Below are positions 24,199-37,637 of a stretch of 64,000 nucleotides of DNA, one piece after another. The stretch comes from Balamuthia mandrillaris. Lineage: Eukaryota. Location: positions 1-64,000 of the forward strand of contig JAVKOQ020000079.1 in NCBI GenBank assembly GCA_031835245.2, in the 5' to 3' direction. The number at the start of each line of letters is the position of its first letter. The stretch's first letter is position 1. Made by a program: the position numbers and the translations under genes. The notes under the pieces were generated by a model, which was given only the letters and a program-made list of their open reading frames with translations, did no database searches and had not been told where the DNA came from.

Positions 24199-26098
24199 TT
24201 ATGGATGAGATGTTAACTCGAAGTTGACTTTGTTGGTCCTGTTGATCATCTTTGTGTTCTTTCTTCGCAACACGATCACTCCTGCAATGCTCACCACAAC
24301 GACCACCACGACAGCCACCGCCAACACAATTGGCAACACGATAGTCAACAATACTTCGTCTTCCTCTCCATCGTCCTTTTCATCATTTTCTTCCCCATCG
24401 GCTCCTTCATCGTTGGCTAGCAAAACGGACAAGTCAGGGTCGTAACGAAGCGATTGTTGGAAAGTAGGAAAGGTGAAGACGACTTCCACTTCGGAGTGTT
24501 TCGTGTCGGATTGTGTCACTTGCACGTCGACTTGCTTTTCGTTATCAAACTCTTCTTCCGTCCAACAAATCGACAACACTCTCAGGAATGCTTTGCTGTT
24601 TGCTGCCTCCAACACAAACTCTTTCTCCCTGTCCTCTTCTTCCTCCTCATCCTCTTGAGTAACGGATAACCACTTTTCATCTCCCGTTCGAAGAGTCGTT
24701 CGTAGCTTCAAAACGTTTTCTTCGTTGGCAAACGGCCAATTCTCCAAAACTAAAGTCCATTTTAGGCTGTCTTCCACAAAGCTTAGCAGGGAGTCATCGG
24801 GAAGCTCAACTTGTGAACCCGCTTCAACCGTCGTGAAGATAACTTCTATGCGAGTGGTCGTCGAGTCGTTGTGCTCTCCAATGTTTACGTGCGTTGAGAA
24901 GGAAAATGAAGAAGCAGTTGAAGAATAATTCCAACTCAAATCGAAAAGAGAAACCGAATGGACGACTTGTAGATGAGACGAAGAAGAGGCATTGTTCTCC
25001 ACCTCGAAGAGTTCGAGGAAGAACGCTTGTACTGAAGTGGTCGAGATTTCTTTAGGTGAAGACGAAGAAGAATTGAGAGCTGGAACAAAGACAAAGTCTG
25101 GATTGTTGAAAGGGAACAAAACGGTGGAAGAAGGCAAATGCAACACCGAAGAAGAAGTCAGAACATCCAAAGAGAAGAGCGTGGACTGGAGAAGGTATTT
25201 TGGGAGAAGCAGCTCCAGCGGTTCCAACAAAAGCGTGAGGATTTGGTTCGAAGCAGATTGAACGATGTTTTGAACAGCGAGGGTAAGTTGGAAGATGTTC
25301 TGGCCGGGTGTTATTGGAATGAGCGTCTGTGGCAACGAAACGCCATCCGGAAGAAAGTTGTCGCTTGTTCCAATGGAGATGTTGAACGACTCTGTTAGAG
25401 CCTCTACAAAGCCAATGTAGAACGATTCGGTTACGTTGGGTTCCCAAAGAACGATCCTCTTGTTGTTTCCATCCTTGTCAAAGACTAAAAGGTGTTCAGG
25501 ATTGAGGTTCCATTGTGCTATAGCTAAGTCCGGTACAACTGTGCAATTGTTCTTTTCAGACCCAACGCCAAAGAGAGAAGAAACAACGGTCGAGTCGTGG
25601 CAAGAGAACAGAGCAGAGGACCCTTCTTCAGGTTGAAAAGAGAGGGTATAGTGAAAGACTAGATGGGAGGCTGCGTCAAGCAGAATGTGCGCCACTATAG
25701 GAGTGATGGTTGTTTGAGTGAGAAAGAAACGTAAGAAAGCGAGCAAAGAAATGAGGAAATAAGCAGATGGTAAAAACAAGGAACCAAATGGAGAATGAGA
25801 AGATAGATGGTACCGGAAACAGAGTTATCGATAAGTTCGACTGGAGCCAAGCTGAGCCATGTTGACCCAGAGAGATGAACTATAAACGAAAGCAATAATA
25901 AGGAGACGACTATAGAAAACAACGAAAGAAAGGACAAGAGAGAAAGATACGAAAATAATGAAAGCAGGAATACATGTAGATTAACTAACCCAGAGAACGT
26001 GATGCGTCTGTAATGACGTTATCCTGGAATGTAACAGCAGCATGTTGTTTCCAGGTTGCTGATATGTTCAGTCGGAGGGCTACAACATATCATGGAAG

Positions 26099-26134
<36 letters not shown>

Positions 26135-27220
26135 GAAAAGTGAGTTAATGGAGAGAACAACTAATGCAACGGGAGTAGAGTGACAGAAACACAAACCTGG
26201 GATTAAAAGTCCTGTAAAGGAAACGGGGCCATTGCTTTGCCAAAAGGCATTACTGCCAAGTTGAATGGCGGGTGCTGCGTGTGCTTTGTTTTTTGTTTTG
26301 TTTAACGGTGGAATAGATACCAAAGTAAGAAGACGAAAAGCAACCTACCATCTCCAGACGTTGCAGTGTTAAGGATTTCAACAGTACCGCTGCTTATCCA
26401 CTGAGCGCCATCAGATAACACAACTGAATCATCGAGTTAACGTTAGACGACGCAACCACGGAACAAAGAGGCAGAAGAAGAAGAAGAAGAACAAGAAGAA
26501 GAACAAGAACAATACAAGAACAAGAAAACATAGAGAACAAGAGTAACCATAAAAGAAGATAAAGAAGGTTTAGCAAGAAGCAAGAAGCGAACACGTACCA
26601 GTAGGTTCCAAAATATCTGAGAGGAGATTATTTGTGAGGAGCAACGCTCCGTTATTGACTTGAACGGCGGTTGCAACGGCTTCCACAATTGCAACATTAT
26701 CCAGGGTTAAGGTCAGGCCTGCTTCCACAACCAATGCTGTAGTAGAACATGCCGACTGTAGCGTTAAGCCTTGCAAAGTCAGGTTGGCAGCCAAGGAACC
26801 GCAGGAGCCGGAAGGGATGGTTAAGATGACTTTGGAAAGATCTTCCAAGTCTCCTCTGAGAGTGAATGTGAGCCAAGCGAGAAGGACAGAATTTCAAAAA
26901 AAAAAGGAGGAAGGAAAGAAGAATGAGAAAGTAAGGTTACATGATGGTGAGTGGATAATCAGGCAGCAGGGGCAAATCAAATACTCCCTCTGTAATCGTT
27001 AAGGTAAGTTGTTCCACCACTTCTCCTGAAGCATATTCTGTTGTTGCAAGAAGACCTACATAAGTTCTTCCCATTTTTTTTTTAAAAAATAAAACAACAT
27101 ACCAAATACATCTTCCAACGAGGAAAACACGTCGTCCACGCAACCTTCACCACACAAAGGATCCAGAATCAAATCCAATATGGCTTTATTCAGCACAAAC
27201 TATCTTTTAGTATTACGAAA

Positions 27221-27256
<36 letters not shown>

Positions 27257-27335
27257 GAAACCAACCTGCAGAGGAGCCACATAGGAAAAAACATACACAG
27301 AGCCCCAGGAGAATGGTTACGCTGCGCCCGGCCAT
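24199..27335 (-). CDS. Type I surface protein, paralog 3 (more diverged), multi-exon
   Basis: Signal peptide MAGRSVTILLGLCVCFSYVAPLQ; KWTLVLENWPF...LRYDPDLSVLL, TM, then KVNFE tail. Confidence 0.75.
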
Positions 27336-27599
27336 GGTCGAGTCGTTCGTTCGTTTATCTTGGGGCTTACTTTATTTTGTTATCGGGTAATGCATTACAG
27401 CGATTATATTATTTCGTTCGGATAAATGAATATATTCCACCCGGTTAAATTCTCGTACCTAAAATGGAGATATATTATGTCGACATATCTATTAAAAGAT
27501 AATCATCCGCATATTATTGTCGACATATTGCTGATAAAGGAAACTTTTAGTCAGAAATCGCAAGTCAGCTCGTTGGAACCGAGAAGAGTGCAGAGGATA

Positions 27600-28473
27600 G
27601 AGAGATTATTGGATGGTGAGGAGCAGGGTGTCCTGCCTTTGCCACCGCATCCGTTTGTGATGGGGTTCAACACTGGTTACTCGGCACCGGAAAGATAATC
27701 AGGAAGAGGTGAGATGTGCAGTGGTGGAAAGGAAACAACGAGCAGAAGAAAAGGTGTGTATTTTCTGTCTCTCTGTCTCTCTGTCCCTCTCTGTCTCTGG
27801 TAGGAATGTACCTGAGAGGGAGGCTACCTTGTTCTCGAATGAGGTGCCAACGAAGAACCAAGAACGAAGAAGATTCTTTGGTGTTTTTTTTTTTTGTTTA
27901 TTCACACGACTGATTCAACGTCATAGCAGAACCATACCAAGCCGTCCTGTCATGCACCAATCTATGATGCTCCTCCATGCCTCCCAGTCTTCCTCCTCTC
28001 ATTTTATCATTCTCCTTTTCTCCTTCACTATCACTATCGCTTGATTCGCTGTCCTCGCTTTCTTCTCCTACTTCTCCATTTTCTTTCCTTCCGCTTGGTT
28101 GCTGTTCTTTTTTCTCTTTTAGAGAATCTCTTCGTCGCCTTCTAGGCTCCTCTCCATAAAAGTTGACACGAATCCACTCGATCGTCTTTCTCAGGTCCAC
28201 GTTGTCTGCGATCTCTACCAGCACAGGAAGTAACGCCGGATCATCCATGGCTAAAGGCTTCTCCATAAACGGATTGAGTTGGTGGTAACGATCGCCAAGG
28301 AGCATCTCCACCATTCGTTCCTGATGGAGAAGTCCTGCACCAAAGATGACTTCGGCTAGTTTAGGACCCCATTGCAACATTCCCCAATCGTGTTCTGACC
28401 CTGTTGTTTGTTTTTGTTAAAATAAATGATACAACACAACAAAAAAGATGGAAAATATAATATAAAGAAATGA

Positions 28474-28512
<39 letters not shown>

Positions 28513-30394
28513 CAAACAACAAAAATGAATAAAAACAAACCATCAAGAAACTGCGACAACTTCCCAGTGCCCAACGAAAGTATGTGCACTTTATCCAGAT
28601 CCTTTTTCTCCACAACCTCCTCGCTAATAACCGTCGTCAACGCCGTCAATGCCGGATTGTTTACCATGCAAGCCCCATCCACATGTTTCTTGAAGGAAGG
28701 AAAGAAGATGGGAGCCGCCGCCGAAGCCATCACACAATCCCAAAGCAAGAGATCTCCGGGGTTCATCGTGGACGGATCCATTTGATCCAATGGAATGTGT
28801 TTCCTTGTGGAAGGGAAGGAAGTTGAAGAGTGAAACTTCTTCAGAGGAATGTTGTGATAGATGCGAGGCTCCCAGGAACGAAGTTTGCCTCCGAAGCCAT
28901 CGTTGTCCAAGCAGAAGGAGGTGATGAGGATGTTACGAGGAACTTGCTTTAAGGTGAGGTTGTGATAGAACTCATCGCCACCAGCGGCAAGGGCCTCATT
29001 GCCAAACTTGGCCTGGCGGATGCTGAACCATTGCCCGGCGGTACTGGCCTTGCGTTTAAAGCCAAAGGGGCCAAAGAGGTAGAACATTTCCACCACGTAC
29101 TCTGGTGAGTGGCCTTTTTATGGCGCAAAGGAGGCAAAAGAGGACAGGAATTACTAGGTTGAACAAACGAAACGTATAGAAGTGGAAGAGCAAGAGAAGG
29201 AGAGAAGAAAAGTACCTGTAGCAAGAGCAGAAGCAACTATGGACCCGCCAGAAACGCCAGCAAAGAGATCTATCCGCTCCATTAGATCAGGAAAGATACG
29301 AACCAGCCGGGTTAGCAGAACTGCTTCCATTATAGCTCGGAGACCTCCTCCATCCAAACTGTGAAGTTAAAACAATAAGAAAAAGAATACCACCAAAGCA
29401 CATAAAAAACTGAGTGCCGAAACGTTCAAACTGACCTAAGAATGCGGAAATGTCCATCGTTGACCTTTTTGGAGGTATCCCAGTCTCCAACTGTTGAAGT
29501 CAAACATTAGCAAAAAAAAAAGAGAGAAAGAGAAACTACCAAAATGAGAGAATAGAGAAGAGCGAGAGAGACAGAGAGCGGTACATGATGTTGCATTGGC
29601 TTCTTGGGCACCTCTTTGCCTAAGATTCCTGGCCAAGTTTCTTAGCTCCGTATGTTCCGAGTGAAGAGCCTCAAACCTGGCCGACTGCAGATCGCACTCC
29701 AACAACAACACATTCGTCATTCTCGTTCTCTTTCTTCTTCTTCTCTTTCGCTCTTGCATCAATCTTTTCTGTTGCTGCTGTTGCCGTCTGCGTTGTCTTA
29801 CTTCTGGCGAAGAGATTACCACTTTTTCTTTCGATGAGGACAGAGAACAAGAAGGAGAGGTTGCATTTGTTTTCTCTTGTTGACCTTCCTTGTTGCCGTA
29901 ACGAAAACGGCTGCTGATCTTTAGCAAGGAAGCTTGCATCGAACTTTTCAAGTCTTGTCTGTTGCTCTCTTTCGCTTTAGTTGTTGGAGGTTGAAGATCG
30001 TCAACAGCCGACATGATGAGCTCTCTCAAATAGAGGAGATGGTCTTGGTCTCGAACCACAAAAGATATGGCCCGCGAAGCTGCCACAGAAGCAGTTGCAA
30101 ATGAAGCAGAAGAAGAGGAAGAGGATGACGAGGAAGAAGATTTGTTGGAGAAGTAAAGCTTGAGAACTTTGTTGCCGTGACAAACTTGAGAGAGGATCTT
30201 GGATTTGGATTGGCTTTTGTTCATCAGTGGAATAACTTTCTTAGAGGAAGAAGATTGGTCGAGAGAGATTGTTTCAGAATGGAGAATGTCTTTCAGTTTC
30301 ACTCCTCTCTTTTTGATGTTTGAAAAAAAGAAAAGCGCAAAGTGAGAATAAAGGATATTAAAACAAGGCCAACAAATAAGCAACCAGAGAAACG

Positions 30395-30434
<40 letters not shown>

Positions 30435-31250
30435 TACCACGTCCTTGATCTTAAACCGCTCCAACTGAGAATAGTCGCTAATGCAAAAGAACCGGTCCCA
30501 CAGACCCGATGTCTTTTTCACCCAAAGAAATCCACTGTTCATAGTTGCCAAAGAAGAAGCTAGAGACTCTTCCGACGAAACACTCGTTCGACGACTGGAG
30601 CTCGCCGCCGTGAAGAAATGACACCAAGCTTCCATTTGTAAGCGAGTGTCAGCAGCTAACTCCAGGGTTTTGTTGCTTCCCTTCAGGGGAATCACAAAGA
30701 CCCATGCCTCTTTCCCAGCAAACAAAAGCTGAGAGGTTTCTGACTTCACAATGACCTGAGGTGATGTTGCTATAACAGTTGTGGTTGTTGTGGAGGTGGT
30801 GGTGGAGGAAGCTATTGTCGTTGAGGAACCTGAAGTGGTTGCTATGGCAGAAACTGTGACAGAAGAAGCAGAAGAGAGTGAATAGGACAGAGAAGAAGAA
30901 GAGGAAGGAGGAGAAGCGGATGATGAAGGAGTAGAAGAAGAAGATGTAGGGGGAAGAGAGTAAGATAACGAATTGTCACTGAAGGAAGTAGAAGGAGTAG
31001 TTAGAGAAGTTGCCGAAGGGGAAGGAGAAGCACTGTTCAAAAGCAGTTCATCCCTGCCTTTAAAGTGCAACTCGCAAGAGGATATAGTGTAGCCCGATAC
31101 ACAACATAGCACTGCAACATTTTTGTTGTTGGCTCTTAACCCTACACAATGGTCCATCCAATGCCACTGTTTTAATAAAATGGAGTTAGTAAGGAACAGA
31201 AAGATAAATGAAGCAAGAACAGAACAATAAGAGACAAGTAAAGACATTGA

Positions 31251-31286
<36 letters not shown>

Positions 31287-32367
31287 AGAGAGAGAGAAGA
31301 GAGAGAGAAGAGAGAGAGAATAACTTACGGGCACAGAATAATCTTCTTCCTCTTCCTTTTCTCTCTCCTTCGCTTCCGCTGCCTTGTCATTCTTTACATT
31401 ATCCGACGAATGCAACCACGAACCAAAGTCAAAATCTTTAAACCTTGCTCGTCCTTTCTTATTTTTCGCTTCTCCTTCCTCGCCATTCTCTCCTTCTTCC
31501 TTATCCTCTTCATCATCACCATCTTCATCAAATGCTTCCTCTTCATCCTCCTCCTCTTCTTCATCTGTAAAGAACATTCGTCGCTGCAGTTGCTCCTTTG
31601 GAAGACGGTGAATGATGGTGTTGATGGACTCGATCCAAGAAGCGCGTTCCTCCGCTGTCTTGGAAAAGAGAATATAGTCGCGCGGTTTTGGCTTCGTCAC
31701 ACTGATCACCCATCCATGCTGTCCACGTCGGAAGAGGCTGTTCTCAAAACGAATGGAAGCTTGGACAAGGCAGAGCTCGCCTAAACTTCTTGCGCCCAAC
31801 TTTGGGAAAAACAGTGAAAGGAATAACATTAGGTTTTCTTGTTAAAATGAAACGCCAAGAGAGAAGAGAGAAGAGAGAAGAAGAGAGAAGAGAGAAGAAG
31901 AGAGAAGAGAGAAGAGAGAAGAGAGAAGACAAAGAGAAGGAAATACAAACCGAGTCGTTGGGATAGTAATATATAAAACCATCGCCGTACATCTTAAAGT
32001 AACGCTCCCTCCACGTTTTCCATGAAGCACCTATTATCGTACTCGTGAGCAAAAACAATAAGAGAGAAGAGAAGAGAAGCATAACAGAGGAGAACAGAAA
32101 GAAGAGAGCGAAAAGAGTAAGGAGATGTGCTTGTTCTTCTTCTAACTTCTTCGAAGAGAGAAGAAAGCAGAAAGAGAGAAGAGGAGAAAAACGACGAGTG
32201 AGCACGCGCCACAAACCTTGTTTGGTAAGCCAGCCTTCCTTCACGAGGGGCGGTCCCGAGGACACAAAATGATTGCCCGAGGCCAGCACAGCCCAGTCCT
32301 CATACTCCACGTCCGGCGAGGCCTCTCCTCCACCCACAAACGAAGAAGGTGAAGCCGAGCCGTCCAT
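27600..32367 (-). CDS. PH-domain-containing patatin-like phospholipase, multi-exon (3' end uncertain)
   Basis: PH: VKEGWLTKQG..SWKTWRERYF...ERASWIESI; patatin: DGGGLRAI, AGVSGG (GxSxG), HVDGACMVNNP, ILSLGTG. Confidence 0.85.
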
Positions 32368-32724
32368 CTTCTTTCTTGGGAGGGCTAGTAAACAGACTTT
32401 GTGTCTGGTTGTTTTTTTAAAAAAAGAGTTGTTTATATAATATATAAATGGAAATAAGCAGCTACCACAATACGTAACAACACGAAAGAGAAAGAGTTAC
32501 CACCGCAAGCCAAACTTTTCGTTGCTCTGTTCTCTCTTTTTCGTGGTCGTTCTTCTTTCTTTCTTTTATCGGAAATTTGTCGATTTTCGTAAATTATATT
32601 TATTAAAATTTACTTAATTTGCGAAGATGTATTAAATAATTTTCAAATTCTAAACAATTATCGTCCAAAAGCATAAATAAAATTGCAAAAAGCAAAAAAA
32701 AAAATGGCGAAAAGTCGATAGAAA

Positions 32725-34457
32725 CTATTGGTCAAAGGAGAAGCGAGCGGAGGAAGGCAGGGTGGAGGAAACGGTGCGAGGGCTGGGTCTTCTCTCCGGC
32801 GAGGAGGACCCCAAGGAGTCCAACAGGTGCTCCTCCTGCTCCAGCGCAGCCATCCACTCCCGCCGCGACGGCAACGAGCTGGAACGAACGTGATGATATG
32901 CTCTCCGCTTCCCTTTCGCCCTGTGTTGGCGCTCCTTTCGTTTCTGCTGTTTTCTTCTTCCCCCGGAAAGAACGAATGAACGAAGAGCACTGAGGGAGGG
33001 TCGTGAGGGTCTTTGTCCTCCTCGTCTTCCCTCTTCCATCATCATCGCCTCCTCATCTTCCATCAACTCGCGTTCTAATGAAGAAGAATCGCCTGATGAT
33101 GAGGCAGAAGTTGAAGAGGCAGGAAGAACAATCTTTGCGGCTTTGTCGATATCATCAGGTAAACCTCTGTGTCGTCCCATCAACATGACAAAGATGAGCA
33201 TCCACTTGGAGGATGGAGACCAGACTCCACAAAAGCTGTGAATGACTCCAGGGAAGCCCAAAGAGAGACCCACGCAGCCATAAGCACTCACCACTTCGAA
33301 CAGGATTCGAAAGATAGTGAAAGGAGCTGGAGTGGAGGAGGAAGCTATAGTGGCGGGGGAGACGATTTTTTCTGTCTCGAAGATGGTTATGAGGAGCCAG
33401 GGAACGAATAGCCAGCTGCTGTCCCAAATGAGCATGCGTTTAGCTTGGTAGAGCACGTTCTTGCGTTCGTGAGCGTGTTCGTCCTCCTTGCGTGGATTAC
33501 CTGGTTCGTGTTATCGTTCGGTGTGAAAAAGAATAGAAGAGATGAGGATGTGAAAGAATACGAAAGAAGAAGACAACAAGACAGAGGCAGAAGGGAGATT
33601 GGAAGAATGGGAAGAAGGAAAGGAAGAACAAGATTAGGAACCTGAAAACTCAGCAGTGCTGCGCAGCGAAAGAGCAAAAGGATAGACAGAGATGTACATG
33701 AGTCCCAAGTAAAGCACCTGCATTCCAGGGCTCAACAAAGCGATATCGACGCTGTTGAAACCTGACGTCCTCGTAAAGACGGATTGAGCGAAGCCGTTCA
33801 CAAGGCGAAGCGATGGAGAGAGATGGGCCAAAGCAGCTGCGTTCCAGTCCAAAAAGACGAAGCTGCCCCATTCTACGAAAGTAAAGGCCAGGATAATGAA
33901 GAACAGCACCATGGTTTCTTTTTGAGGGAAGAGATGTGTCATGCAGCGACGAGGATGTTGCAAAAGATACCTATATTTGTTTTTTGTGCATTGTTTCAGA
34001 AAAAACTATGGAGAAGGAGAAAGAGAACAAAAAATAAATAGAAACCTGTAGAGATAACGTTCTGGATTACGACGAGAACGATGGTACCGATACCGTAGCC
34101 AAAGCATCAGACGAAGCACGCAGGGGTAGGCAGTGTTTCCCAAAAGAGTCAACCCGCTCAATACCAATAACACCAAAGAAAGGTGGTTCATTTGTTCAAG
34201 GCTGTGAGGCATCAGAGCGAAGCCGGCGTTGCTCAGAGCGGCGAGGCTGTGGAAAAATGCCCAGAACCAAGAGTTCTCTTCGTTCTTGTGGAGGATGTGT
34301 TGCGCCTCTGATGACAATTGAAGGTAGATAGCTAGAACCAGAAAGCTGCTCACGTGTAACACAAATAAATAGAGACCCACCCACAACAGAACTCTTATAG
34401 TTGCGTGTTTGTTTGAGAGCGTTGCTTTAGTACAACGAAAATAAAATGCGAGAGAGA

Positions 34458-34492
<35 letters not shown>

Positions 34493-35830
34493 GAGGAAGA
34501 AGAGATCACTAAACTTGTCAAGAGCTCTATACTCGACCCAGCCGCTGACACTGTTCTTCTCTCGACAAAGTACGCTAGATGTCCTCCGACTCAAATACAT
34601 CGTTCCTTCTTCCTCCCCTTCCTCTTTCCGTTCCCGTTCTTCTCTTTCCCCCACTTGTCTACCTCCATTCTCCAAATCTCTCGCCCCTCCTGCTTCTATC
34701 TCTCTCGCCGTCTCTTTTGCCAATTTGGCCTTCCTTATCTCCTCCTGTTCATGCAATGCTTGTCTCACGCGTCTTACCATGTTCCACTTGCGGACAAGCA
34801 CAGGCCAAAGGCTTTCCATGACAGGCGCTCCCAACAGCATGCAGAGATAGATGACCAACTGGCTAATAGGCCGGAAGCGAGCAAAGTCCACCACATTGAG
34901 GCCCACCACACAGACGGCAGAGGTGGCGGTGAAAATGGCCTCCGTGAAGCCCAACGGCTGGTCGTTGTTGTTGTGCAAGGGGTTGCCTCGTTCCAGCAGC
35001 CAGAGCAGCCACCCAGCAAAGAGACTCAAGGCGGCAAAGCAAAAGAGATGCACTCGAAAGTAGGTTATCTCATAGCGCCAATGCAGCTGCCATTGCCACC
35101 GCCACCAGCTTTGTTCTTGTGGTTGGTGCTCTTCTTCTGTGTCTTCGCTGCTGTCCTCTTCCTTTTTGTCGACTTCGTCATTGATGTTAAACTCTGTGGA
35201 AGAAGATGAAGGGGACTGTTGCTTCCTTTCTCTTCCTCGTTCTCTCTCTTCCTCCTCGGCTTCTATTTCGGAGAGATCCTCCTCCAGCCTATGAAACCGA
35301 CCTCCTCTTTTACCTCTCTTGCGTGTAAGCGAGGCGGAGGGTGGAGAGCTTGTCAATGGCGGGGGTGGTGAAGGCGAGGAGTGGCCACTCCGTGCCTTTC
35401 TTTTGCCGCTTCGCTTGAAGAACCTCTGCAGAGGAAAGCTGTTTCCTGCGCCTCCTTTGGCTTCATCGTGGTCTTCTTCTTCTTCTGCTTCTTCATCTTC
35501 CTCTCCACCTTTCAACAGACGCAGCAAAGAAGGCCTGCGAGGAGAACGACCTTTGCCTCTTTGTGATTTCTGTTGCTGTTGTCGCTGCTGAAAGGGAGAA
35601 ACAGAGAAGTCACTTTCATCACGGTAGTCCTCGTCGTCGTTCAGACGGCTGCCAGCCAGGTCAAAGTAGTCGATGATGCGTTTTCGTTCGGTGGCGGACC
35701 TTCGTTTTTGAAGTTTGTCTCCTGAAGCAGATCCAACAAAGCGCTGCTTGGAGGGGTCCCCTCCGGAGTGACGGCTTGCTCTGGTGGTCCCAGCTGAAGT
35801 TGATTTCGTTGCATGGCTGTCATGCTCCAT
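32725..35830 (-). CDS. Trk/HKT-family potassium transporter, multi-exon
   Basis: Four pore loops, each with the filter Gly: SAVCVVG, AALSNAG, FTRTSG, FEVVSAYGCVGLSLG; C-terminal MLMGRHRGLP. Confidence 0.92.
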
Positions 35831-35904
35831 GCAATTTTTTTATTATTTTTTTGCTCCTGCTGTTTTTTGTATTTTTAGTTTGTGAGTGTGCACACAAAGC
35901 GAGT

Positions 35905-35936
<32 letters not shown>

Positions 35937-36175
35937 GAAGAGGAGACAAACCAAGGAGTGTTCTTTGCTGTTTTCAAGTTTTCTTCTTTTGATTTCTTTT
36001 TCTTTTTCTTTTTCTTTTTCGGGTAAATTTTTGTCGACATTGTGTTGCTGATCGATCAAATGTCGACATAATCGTAAATTTATCATGTCGTCACGAAGAA
36101 ATTGCCTGTTATTTACTCTCATAAGAGAGGAACTCCATCCTTCTGTGCCTTAAGCCCCATCGCTTGCCCCGTGGA

Positions 36176-37474
36176 ATGAAACGCTCAGGACAGCGACGCA
36201 AAGTCTCCTCGATGGAGGAAGGAGAAAACAATGTCGGCAGCCAAACATCGACACCGGACAAGCGACCGCGAACGCGAACAGACGACCCTTGTGGGCTTAT
36301 CAATGAGCTGCTTCCGGACGAGTTGCTGTGCCACATTTTCTCTCTTCTTCCCAAGGGCATGGTGGCCGTGGCCGCAAGAACGTGTCGCCGGTGGTTCAAC
36401 TGCTGTCATCCTCCCCTCCGCCAGAAGCTGCACATTGGCACCATATGCAGTCGCCTCGCCTTGCTCCGTTGGGCCGTGGAGCACAACAACTACCCCATGG
36501 ACAAGATAACCTGCATCGAGGCCGCTTCGCAGGGTCAACTCCAGGTGCTGCAGTGGGCTCGTGCGCAGGGATGCCCGTGGGACGATAACACCTGCGAGGC
36601 AGCTGCTGCTGAGGGACATTTGGACGTTCTGCAGTGGGCTCGTAGAAACGGCTGCACATGGGACGAATGGACTTGCTATTGGGCAGCTGCAGGCGGGCAT
36701 TTGAAGGTGCTGAAATGGGCGAGAGAACAAGGATGTCCCTGGGATGAACGAACTAGCCGTGCTGCAGCAGCCAGAGGCGACTTAGAGTTATTGAAGTGGG
36801 CGAGAGAGAACGGCTGTCCTTGGGGCACTGTGACTTCTTTTTGTGCTGCAATGAACGGGCACTTAGAGGTGTTAAAATGGGCAAAAGAGGAAGGCTGTCC
36901 TTTGGGGGAGTGCTGTGATGGAGCAGCTGCTGGTGGTCATCTGGAAATGTTGCAATGGGCGAGAGAGAATGGCTGTACTTGGGGGGAGGCAACATGTGCA
37001 TTAGCAGCAGAAGGAGGTCACCTGGCGGTCCTGAAGTGGGCGAGAGCAAATGGATGTCCTTGGAACGAAGAGACTTGCCATCAAGCTGCACAGTATGGAC
37101 ATTTGGACATATTGCAATGGGCCAGAGCGAATGGATGCTTTTGGAACGCGAGAACTTGCAAATCAGCTGCTGGTGGGGGACATTTGGACGTGTTGCAGTG
37201 GCTACGGCAACAAGGATGTCCTTGGAACAAGAAGACCAGCAGGGCAGCCGCTTTTGGTGGACATTTAGAAGTGTTGCAATGGGCGAGAGAGAATGGGTGC
37301 CCTTGGGATGAGAGCACTTGCACCTCAGCTGCGGCAGGTGGCCATTTGGACGTATTGCAATGGGCCAGAGCGAATGGGTGTCCTTGGGATGATAGGACGT
37401 ACCACGCTGCGGTTCTTGGCCGTAATAAGTACATGTTGGTGTGGTTACAAGAACAAAGTTTTTCCCATTATTAG
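36176..37474 (+). CDS. F-box plus ankyrin-like repeat protein (GCPWDE type), intronless
   Basis: LPDELLCHIFSLL...AARTCRRW; ~25-aa repeats AAxxGHLxVLxWARxNGCPWDExTC. Confidence 0.9.
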   Translation: MKRSGQRRKVSSMEEGENNVGSQTSTPDKRPRTRTDDPCGLINELLPDELLCHIFSLLPKGMVAVAARTCRRWFNCCHPPLRQKLHIGTICSRLALLRWAVEHNNYPMDKITCIEAASQGQLQVLQWARAQGCPWDDNTCEAAAAEGHLDVLQWARRNGCTWDEWTCYWAAAGGHLKVLKWAREQGCPWDERTSRAAAARGDLELLKWARENGCPWGTVTSFCAAMNGHLEVLKWAKEEGCPLGECCDGAAAGGHLEMLQWARENGCTWGEATCALAAEGGHLAVLKWARANGCPWNEETCHQAAQYGHLDILQWARANGCFWNARTCKSAAGGGHLDVLQWLRQQGCPWNKKTSRAAAFGGHLEVLQWARENGCPWDESTCTSAAAGGHLDVLQWARANGCPWDDRTYHAAVLGRNKYMLVWLQEQSFSHY

Positions 37475-37533
37475 CGAGACGGTAACGCCCTTTGGTGATT
37501 TTTTCTCAGTTTATATTGCTGTTTTGTATTGAC

Positions 37534-37565
<32 letters not shown>

Positions 37566-37637
37566 CAGAGGGAGAGGGAGAGGGAGAGAGGGAGAGAGCA
37601 CTTCTACTATTTGTCGACAAAAGAGAGAGAACACAAA

